A stretch of 64,000 nt of DNA, from positions 128,001-192,000 of the IMG/VR virus record IMGVR_UViG_3300045988_126112; one strand, 5' to 3'. Positions 54,361-61,672 of this stretch are shown piece after piece. The DNA is from a virus. The notes under the pieces were generated by a model. It saw nothing but the letters and a program-made list of their open reading frames with translations. It was not told the DNA's origin and did not search any database. How positions within the stretch are numbered: position 1 is the stretch's first letter; the number at the start of each line of letters is the position of its first letter. A program made the position numbers and the translations under genes.

Positions 54361-55182
54361 ATGAAACTAGATTATATTTATAACCAATTACAAGGAAATG
54401 AAGAAATAGAAGGATATAAATCTTTATTATGTATAGTAGAAAACTTAATGGATAAAGTATTTATTGATAAACCATATGCTAAATTTTCTCATATAAGACA
54501 TATGGGTGATTATAAAATATATACTCCATTTGGAAGCATAAACAGAAGTCTTTTAAGAAGTATAACAAATAAAGGTGAGTTTAAGGATGCATCTATAAAT
54601 GATAAATACGTTAAAAATGATATTAAATTTAATAATAATCAATATAAAGATGGTACTGAAGTTACTCAATCTGGAAATAATAGTATAACTATAAAAGATT
54701 ATGAGAATTATCTTTTAGTAAGAGAAAGAAGATATTATAAAGGTGAATTATCTGTAGATAAAGCTTATAAATATAATACTAATGGAAATCTTACATTTGA
54801 AAGATATGATGATTATAATAATTTAGGAGAACTAAATTATACAAATATTACGTCTATAAGTTATGACGATAAAAATATTTATAAAGAAATGAAAACTTCT
54901 ACTATATTTGGATATCCTTATGAAAACACATTATGTGAATATATAAAAGTAGGAGATGGGTTATTTAAGGATTTCTATGAATGTAGAAAATATTCTAAAG
55001 AAGATGGTCAATCTGAATATGTAAAAGAAAGCTACAGAAATAGATCATATTTATATTTCTTAGATAATGATGTTAATAATTATATCGAAGTAGTGTGTTT
55101 TAGAAATAAAATAGAAGTGATTAAAATCCACTATGTTGATACTTCAATAGAAATAGATGAAGTATTTGATATAGTAAGTTAA
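54361..55182 (+). CDS. YD/RHS-repeat-like small protein
   Basis: 273 aa. YYKGELSVDKAYKYNTNGNLTFERYDDYNNLGELNY. Confidence 0.8.
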   Translation: MKLDYIYNQLQGNEEIEGYKSLLCIVENLMDKVFIDKPYAKFSHIRHMGDYKIYTPFGSINRSLLRSITNKGEFKDASINDKYVKNDIKFNNNQYKDGTEVTQSGNNSITIKDYENYLLVRERRYYKGELSVDKAYKYNTNGNLTFERYDDYNNLGELNYTNITSISYDDKNIYKEMKTSTIFGYPYENTLCEYIKVGDGLFKDFYECRKYSKEDGQSEYVKESYRNRSYLYFLDNDVNNYIEVVCFRNKIEVIKIHYVDTSIEIDEVFDIVS

Positions 55183-55192
55183 TATCAAATAG

Positions 55193-55228
55193 CCAGCAAG
55201 GAGAAATCCTTGCTGGTTTTATTTTTTT
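55193..55228 (+). terminator. intrinsic terminator
   Basis: Stem CCAGCAAGGA/TCCTTGCTGG followed by TTTTATTTTTTT. Confidence 0.85.
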
Positions 55229-55266
55229 AAAAAATTCTTAACAATGATTAAACGCCCATATAAACA

Positions 55267-55275
55267 TATATTATA
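55267..55275 (+). promoter_or_regulatory. promoter-like motif TATATTATA
   Basis: AAACATATATTATAT, 35 nt upstream of ATG 55311. Confidence 0.5.
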
Positions 55276-55310
55276 TTATTGAAATAAAATAATGATTGGA
55301 GGTAGAGATA

Positions 55311-56804
55311 ATGTATCCAGATTTTAAAGATTTTGAATGCACAACTAAATTAGAGATTGTTAACTTAGATGCATTCAGAATAGAGAGCATTAGAACAGGA
55401 AGAGGGTTTAGAGTTAAGTCGAATTACAAAAATATAAAGAAAGAGCTAAAGAATCCAGATGGAATTTATTCAAATAAATTTGGTAGAACTTTAGCAGACG
55501 TAGATGAGTATGGTAACAGATATAAATGTGATTGTGGTAAAACAATCTCAAGAATTAATGAAGGAACCACTTGCCCATATTGTCATACTAAAGTAAAATA
55601 TGTAGATGATGATTTTGGTTATAATGGTTTCTTAGTGCTTGATGATTATTATATAATTCATCCAAAGATGTTTGAAACTTTAAAGAGATTCTTTGGAGCT
55701 GAAACATTAAATAATATCATCAAATATAATGATGATAAAGATATTAATGGTTATAGTAATCTTATCAATCCAAATAGAACTAAAGATGAACCATTCTTTG
55801 GTATAGGAATGATAGCATTTAAAGAAAGATTTATGGAGATAATTAATTATTATCGAAATAAGAATAAAAACAAAATCAAATATTATGATGATATTATAAA
55901 TAATATTGATAAAGTATTTACACAAACAATAGTAGTTTTTACTACGTTACTGAGAGCTACTAAGAATGATCCAAATATATTAAAATATGAACCATCAAAT
56001 GAATTATATATGATAATGTCTAGTTTAGTATATAATATAAATCAGACTGGTTCAAAAGTGTATAAAGCAATTAAACCTAAAGCAGAATTACTTTATGATT
56101 TACAATGTAAACAAGAAGAAATGTATGATATGATTCTTGTTTTATTATCTGGTAAAAGAGGAAAACTTAGAGGAGTATTTGGTGGTAGATATAACTTTAC
56201 AGCAAGGGTAGTTATAGTACCAGAACCAAAATTAAGAGTTGACCAAGTAATAATGCCATATCAGTCAATGATTGAATTAGAAAAGCAAAGAATATTAAAT
56301 GTACTTGAAAAAGTTCATGGTTCAGCTGCATTAGCAAATTCAATATATGAGGATTCTATAAGAGTTAAGAATCCTGAAATAATAGCTATAATAAGACAGT
56401 TGATAAAAGATGATTCAACAGGACAAGGGATTCCAGTATTAGTTAATAGAAACCCAACATTATCTTATGGGTCTATACAACAAATGTTTGTAGTTGATGT
56501 TTGTGAATCATATACTTTAAAAATGCCATTACAAATCTTACCATATTTCAATGCAGATTTCGATGGTGACGTTCTTAATGTACACAGAATCCAATCTAAA
56601 GTATTCTATGAACATGCTTATCAAGTATTTAATCCTAGAAATGCAATGTATATTAATATGAATGATGGATTAGTATCAACAAGTATATTACCATATAAAG
56701 ATATTCTTATAAATTCTAATACATTATTATATGAATATAGACAAGGATATAGTGAAGAACAATTAGCTGATATAAGAAGATTTAAAGAAAGACATTCTGC
56801 TTAA
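55311..56804 (+). CDS. multisubunit RNA polymerase beta' N-terminal fragment (zinc ribbon plus catalytic NADFDGD)
   Basis: The track start TTG 55296 is part of TTGGAGGT (an SD). The likely start is ATG 55311. Zinc ribbon CDCGKTISRINEGTTCPYCH. YFNADFDGDVLNVH (nt 56550-56570 encode NADFDGD) matches the universal beta' Mg-binding motif. Confidence 0.9.
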   Translation: MYPDFKDFECTTKLEIVNLDAFRIESIRTGRGFRVKSNYKNIKKELKNPDGIYSNKFGRTLADVDEYGNRYKCDCGKTISRINEGTTCPYCHTKVKYVDDDFGYNGFLVLDDYYIIHPKMFETLKRFFGAETLNNIIKYNDDKDINGYSNLINPNRTKDEPFFGIGMIAFKERFMEIINYYRNKNKNKIKYYDDIINNIDKVFTQTIVVFTTLLRATKNDPNILKYEPSNELYMIMSSLVYNINQTGSKVYKAIKPKAELLYDLQCKQEEMYDMILVLLSGKRGKLRGVFGGRYNFTARVVIVPEPKLRVDQVIMPYQSMIELEKQRILNVLEKVHGSAALANSIYEDSIRVKNPEIIAIIRQLIKDDSTGQGIPVLVNRNPTLSYGSIQQMFVVDVCESYTLKMPLQILPYFNADFDGDVLNVHRIQSKVFYEHAYQVFNPRNAMYINMNDGLVSTSILPYKDILINSNTLLYEYRQGYSEEQLADIRRFKERHSA

Positions 56805-56811
56805 TAAAAGA

Positions 56812-56848
56812 AGGCAAAGGACTATGTTCCTTTGTCTTTTTATTTTTT
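56812..56848 (+). terminator. intrinsic terminator
   Basis: Stem AGGCAAAGGA/TCCTTTGTCT followed by TTTTTATTTTTT. Confidence 0.75.
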
Positions 56849-56878
56849 GTAAACACTATAGAAACGGAGGTGGTTACA

Positions 56879-58168
56879 TTGAGGAATGATGGAAATTATG
56901 ATACTAGTAAACCTGATGAGTTGTATCAGACTATAACTACACCATCAGTTATCAATTCATATTCTATAGCTATGCAATATATAAAAGATTGGTTTTTTAG
57001 TAAATTTGACGAAAACTATTTTAAAGCTAAATATATTGAACAACGTCATCCATTAGATGATTTTAGGAAACTTTCTACAATAAATAAAGGATTGAAAAAA
57101 TTAAAACCTTCAGTATCTATAGGATCTCAAATATCATTAGATTATACTAGAGATACAATAGATTTATATCAAGCATCACCAAATGATTTTCTTAGAAGAA
57201 CTAAGTTTAATAATGCCTTCTTTATGGATAAACAAAGAAATTTAAACTTAAGTGTAATGTTTGAAGTCTTGGAAATAAATTTTAATTTTAAAATACGTGT
57301 TGGTACTAGAGCTCAACAAATAGACTTATACAAATATCTAATTATTGCATTTAGATTCGGAGCAACACAAGGAGAAGAACTAACAATGGATTGTCATATT
57401 CCTTATCCAATTATGATACAAATAGCATCAGATGCTGGATTTGAAGTTAAAGATGACAAAGTAGTAGATATAATTGGATTTATGAGATATATGAATAAAC
57501 ATTCAGTAGTTCCAATATTATATAAGTATAGAACTATAAATGGTAAAGATGAATACTTTATGAGAGTAAGTAATTTATATACACATATATCTTGTTTAGA
57601 TTTTCCAACAGTAGATGATGGAGAACAAAATAATCAAATATATACAAATTATATGATTGAATTTAATATCATATTAAAAATACCTTCACCACAATTTTAT
57701 GCATATCATTCTAATAAAATTCATGATAAAATTGAAGGAGTTACAAAACGTATTAAAGGAGATAGTGTTGGTTTATGTAATATAAAGATTCCTACTATAC
57801 CAGAAGTAGATCAACATGGATGGAATCAATATCTATTAACTGAATATTATTCTGATGAGATAGAAAAATGTATTGATATAGATATGAAAGAGCTATTTGA
57901 AAATAGTGATATATTTTCAGCTGTAAAACAAAGTAGAGATATGTATATTTCTCCAGCTGTATTTATTAATCTTATATTCTTTAATAATGGTGATGTAGTT
58001 CCATATAAAATAGACTGGGAAACATTTAAAGTTACATTACTTGAACCAATATATGGACACGTTGTACAAATATCAATGTATGCTGATATAGATTATTTAA
58101 AGACTACAATTTATAATCAAGAAAAATTTAAAGAAAGATATTCAAAATCTATAGATGATAAAAAATAG
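56879..58168 (+). CDS. hypothetical protein (immediately downstream of the beta' fragment)
   Basis: The track start GTG 56870 abuts the SD. TTG 56879 sits 8 nt after GGAGG. There is no in-frame ATG until about codon 35. I recognised no RNAP motif. Confidence 0.8.
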   Translation: MRNDGNYDTSKPDELYQTITTPSVINSYSIAMQYIKDWFFSKFDENYFKAKYIEQRHPLDDFRKLSTINKGLKKLKPSVSIGSQISLDYTRDTIDLYQASPNDFLRRTKFNNAFFMDKQRNLNLSVMFEVLEINFNFKIRVGTRAQQIDLYKYLIIAFRFGATQGEELTMDCHIPYPIMIQIASDAGFEVKDDKVVDIIGFMRYMNKHSVVPILYKYRTINGKDEYFMRVSNLYTHISCLDFPTVDDGEQNNQIYTNYMIEFNIILKIPSPQFYAYHSNKIHDKIEGVTKRIKGDSVGLCNIKIPTIPEVDQHGWNQYLLTEYYSDEIEKCIDIDMKELFENSDIFSAVKQSRDMYISPAVFINLIFFNNGDVVPYKIDWETFKVTLLEPIYGHVVQISMYADIDYLKTTIYNQEKFKERYSKSIDDKK

Positions 58169-58192
58169 ACCATTGGTTTACCCAATGGTCTA
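58166..58192. terminator. bidirectional terminator between convergent genes
   Basis: Stem TAGACCATTGG/CCAATGGTCTA. Confidence 0.7.
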
Positions 58193-58198
58193 TTATTA

Positions 58199-58657
58199 TT
58201 ACTTCATGAAGTTGATTAAATCATTTGTAATGTCAGTCTTTTTTATTATATTATCAGCTACATCATCAAATTCTTCAATGTCTATATTTGATTGACGTGA
58301 TTGATTGTATTTAGTTTCTATCTGTTGATTTAGTTCTTCATCTTCATCAAATATTCTTTCAATTTCATTAAATATTAAATATTTATTATCTAGCAAATAT
58401 TTAAATTCATTGTCTAATTCAATTTCTTGAATTACCTTTATATAAATCATTATTTTTATATATTCTTTATAGTCATAATAATCTGTAATGTTGCATTTTA
58501 TGTCTTTGATTGAGGATAAAGTAATATAATATATAAAACCTTCCACGCCTTCATTTTCTATTTCTTCAGTATGTGGTTTAAATACACACATATATAATGA
58601 AGATATAAATAAAACACAGTTAAGAATACATATAATAAGTAATATTGTATTTTGCAT
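58199..58657 (-). CDS. membrane protein (N-terminal TM)
   Basis: The track start at 58666 abuts AAGGAG. ATG 58657 has a 9-nt spacing. TM helix NTILLIICILNCVLFISSLYMCVF. Confidence 0.8.
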   Translation of the reverse strand: MQNTILLIICILNCVLFISSLYMCVFKPHTEEIENEGVEGFIYYITLSSIKDIKCNITDYYDYKEYIKIMIYIKVIQEIELDNEFKYLLDNKYLIFNEIERIFDEDEELNQQIETKYNQSRQSNIDIEEFDDVADNIIKKTDITNDLINFMK

Positions 58658-58678
58658 ATTTAGCATCTCCTTTTTAAA

Positions 58679-59038
58679 TTATTGTTTTTTGTCATCATTT
58701 TTCACAAAATAATCTCTCATATAATTTAAAAACTTAACGACACCTTCAACCGAAGTTAGCTTACCTAATATATCAAAACCAACTAAGCCAGATATAAAAT
58801 AAATACTAACTAATGTTTTATTAGTTATTGCAGACATAGCTAATAAATTATCCGTCAAAGAATACATTAATACGGATGATGTAATTGCAGATACTGTAAT
58901 TCTAGTTAAATTAACGTGGTTATCTGTATCTGATAAAGTATTGAATATATCTCTTACAATTGAACCTGTAAGAGTAAATATTACAATCATTAAAATTTGA
59001 TAATGAGCAGATATAAAATACATTATATTGTTTGACAA
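58679..59038 (-). CDS. small protein with 3 TM helices (holin candidate)
   Basis: 119 aa with a TTG start. Three hydrophobic segments (YQILMIVIFTLTGSIV, ITVSAITSSVLMYSL, LVSIYFISGLVGFDILG) and a charged C-terminus. Confidence 0.7.
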   Translation of the reverse strand: MSNNIMYFISAHYQILMIVIFTLTGSIVRDIFNTLSDTDNHVNLTRITVSAITSSVLMYSLTDNLLAMSAITNKTLVSIYFISGLVGFDILGKLTSVEGVVKFLNYMRDYFVKNDDKKQ

Positions 59039-59057
59039 TTTATATCACCCATTTCTT

Positions 59058-60005
59058 TTATTTGTATTTTTTATTTTGTAAATAAGCAGAACCAAATAAA
59101 ACTAATGCTAAAATACATACATTCATTATCAAGCTTCTACTTTTATCTATTACATTTGCATTTGCTTTATCGTGTATTCTACCTATTGCAGCTGTGTAAT
59201 AAGATAATTCGTTAGAATATTCTTTTAATAGATCATAAATATTAATTCGTTGTACTATAACCATCTTATAATTATCTACTTTGTGACCAAGTCCATCAGT
59301 ATCTTTAATACCAAAAATATCACCATCTTTAGTTATATAAACTGGAACTAGTAATTCATAATTTTTCATAGAATTTAATCCATCTTCTGAATATATATCT
59401 ATAAGCTTATCAATATCCATTACTTTTAAATTTCCATTATTTTTATTTTCCCAGAATATATACTTGGTATTATCGTTTCTTAATATTGTTTCAATAGCTT
59501 CTTTATTTAGTTTACTATTTCCTTGTAATCTTAGAAGAGTTTCTATTGATAAAACTTCATCTGGAGCTTTATCATAAGAAAGTGAATTTCCCCACAATAA
59601 ACATTTCATAGATAAAACTATAGGTCTATTTACTGTGGTATCTTGATTTATATAAAAATTACCTAAAGTTTCATTAAATACTCTAGTCAGTCTACTATTT
59701 GGTGTGGGGTTATCTATATCTGTATCAAGACCTTCCAAATCCTTTCCATAATATAAATTTAATTTATGTTGTATATTTTCTAGAACTAAATTTAATGACT
59801 TTTCAGTTAATTTATCTTCTTCATTCAATAGCGTTTTAATATAAACCCTTTCTTCTCTTTTTATAAAATCGGCTATCTCATTGTAATTAGATATATTATT
59901 TCTATAATCATCAAATTGTAAATATGAAAATAGCAATACTATTATTGTTATAATCAAGCATATTATGGAAATTTGTTTATGCTTTCCCAGCTTATGACCA
60001 TTCAT
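59058..60005 (-). CDS. bitopic membrane protein (TM helices at the N- and C-termini)
   Basis: 315 aa. ISIICLIITIIVLLFSYL and LIMNVCILALVLFGSAYL. GGAGG RBS. Confidence 0.85.
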   Translation of the reverse strand: MNGHKLGKHKQISIICLIITIIVLLFSYLQFDDYRNNISNYNEIADFIKREERVYIKTLLNEEDKLTEKSLNLVLENIQHKLNLYYGKDLEGLDTDIDNPTPNSRLTRVFNETLGNFYINQDTTVNRPIVLSMKCLLWGNSLSYDKAPDEVLSIETLLRLQGNSKLNKEAIETILRNDNTKYIFWENKNNGNLKVMDIDKLIDIYSEDGLNSMKNYELLVPVYITKDGDIFGIKDTDGLGHKVDNYKMVIVQRINIYDLLKEYSNELSYYTAAIGRIHDKANANVIDKSRSLIMNVCILALVLFGSAYLQNKKYK

Positions 60006-60045
60006 TTTTCTTTTACCTCCTTTACTATAGATTTATTAATATGTT

Positions 60046-60081
60046 AAAAAATATAGGGATAGGAGAAACCCCCTATCCCTA
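60046..60081 (-). terminator. intrinsic terminator (minus strand)
   Basis: Stem TAGGGATAGG/CCTATCCCTA. The A-run on the plus strand is a T-run on the minus strand. Confidence 0.75.
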
Positions 60082-60087
60082 ACCCTT

Positions 60088-60660
60088 CTATACTGGAGGT
60101 CTACTAATCAATGATGGACCACAGTTTTTATATATTTTATAAGTTATATCAGATTCTGTTGTATATTTATCTGTATTTAAATTATAAAAACTTATTTTCA
60201 TACCAATATCATCATCATAGTTAACTAAACTAAAATCAGTAAGTATTCCATTTAGAAAAATTTCTAAATAATCTAATTGTGGATCGTAATTAAGAAACTC
60301 TGTTAATACATCAGGAATATCCATTCCATAATCATTTGTTACTTTTGATAATACTATTTTATCTGTAAAAGTTCTTATAGTTGGTTTAGAAAAAGTTAAC
60401 TGATTCCAATTAGTTCCATCATATCTCCATATATAATTAGTAGCTTTAACTAAATATAATTTATTAGATAATGGTTTAGCTAAAGAAGTTCTAGCTTTAT
60501 CATCATCTACTATTATTAAATCAGCTATTGATTGTCTACCATTTTTAATGGTATCAAAATATAATTCGCCAGTATCTGAACAAGAAATCATTTGTCCAGC
60601 AGTTACTTTTATCTTCCCAATATTAGCTTTTGTAGTTTCTATTGGTTTAAATAATCCCAT
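60088..60660 (-). CDS. hypothetical tail/baseplate-module protein
   Basis: The track start is GTG 60693. ATG 60660 sits 8 nt after AGGGAGG. Confidence 0.8.
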   Translation of the reverse strand: MGLFKPIETTKANIGKIKVTAGQMISCSDTGELYFDTIKNGRQSIADLIIVDDDKARTSLAKPLSNKLYLVKATNYIWRYDGTNWNQLTFSKPTIRTFTDKIVLSKVTNDYGMDIPDVLTEFLNYDPQLDYLEIFLNGILTDFSLVNYDDDIGMKISFYNLNTDKYTTESDITYKIYKNCGPSLISRPPV

Positions 60661-60673
60661 TATAATTTCCTCC

Positions 60674-61672
60674 CTATTGTAAATATTTGTCACCTAATGT
60701 GTTTGATACTATATTTCTATATGCTGTATTAGTTAAATCTAAATCTTTCCATTCAACACCAGCATCAGTTTTATATAATACTTGACCTTCTTCACCATCA
60801 AATGGTATTCCTTCAGGAATTTTAACTGATTCTAACGATTGAGCACTTATTTCACATGCTTCGGCTAATGAAGTTAAACTTACTGTGTATTTTGTTCCTA
60901 TAGTATTGTCAATTATATCGTCGTATTGTTCTTCAGTTATGTCAACATCAGCCCATACAATACCATCAGCAGTTCTAACTAATGCTTGACCAGTTATACC
61001 ATTTTGAGGAAAAGAACTAGGAACTCTTACAGATCTAGTTGCATGATTATTAGTACTTTCACCTACTAAATAATCAGCACCTATAGTATTTTGAACTATA
61101 CTTCTATATTGTTCATCAGTTATGTCAACATCAGCCCAAGCCATTCCACTAACAGTTTTTATTAGTATTTGACCATTTTCTCCATTTTGTGGTAGAATAA
61201 CATCATCATCATCTCCAGGATCTACAGTTCCTCCACCTCCAGAAGAATCTTGTTTTTTAAATAGAGTGAATGTAAATATTATCTCTTCTAAATCGCCATT
61301 CCATACACCTTTTATTTTAACTATTTGACCATTTTCAATATTATAATTTACACCTTCATTAATAGTAATACCATTTTGTTTTACTTCTAAAGTATCACCT
61401 TTTGCTATTACTAAACCTATATTTACAGTATTAGTATTTGCAGTTATAGATTGAGTTCTTCTAATTATTTTAACTCCATCAGCATTACCTACTATTGGTA
61501 TAAGCTTATAATTATCAGTAACAGCATATAATTTAGCTTTTTTAATATCTAATACTAATTCATCTGGTACACCTTTATAAGATTGCTCATACTTTAAAGG
61601 TATCATTGGTTTTCTAGAATTGACTTTATTTACTTCACCATAATTATCTTGATATGGTTCTCTATGCTTCAT
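60674..61672 (-). CDS. tail-fibre-like protein with three ~45-aa C-terminal repeats
   Basis: ATG 61672 (9 nt from GGAGG) or 61678. The repeats are PQNGENGQILIKTVSGMAWADVDITDEQYRSIVQNTIGADY, PQNGITGQALVRTADGIVWADVDITEEQYDDIIDNTIGTKY and PFDGEEGQVLYKTDAGVEWKDLDLTNTAYRNIVSNTLGDKY. There is also a Gly/Asp linker SSGGGGTVDPGDDDD. Confidence 0.8.
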   Translation of the reverse strand: MKHREPYQDNYGEVNKVNSRKPMIPLKYEQSYKGVPDELVLDIKKAKLYAVTDNYKLIPIVGNADGVKIIRRTQSITANTNTVNIGLVIAKGDTLEVKQNGITINEGVNYNIENGQIVKIKGVWNGDLEEIIFTFTLFKKQDSSGGGGTVDPGDDDDVILPQNGENGQILIKTVSGMAWADVDITDEQYRSIVQNTIGADYLVGESTNNHATRSVRVPSSFPQNGITGQALVRTADGIVWADVDITEEQYDDIIDNTIGTKYTVSLTSLAEACEISAQSLESVKIPEGIPFDGEEGQVLYKTDAGVEWKDLDLTNTAYRNIVSNTLGDKYLQ

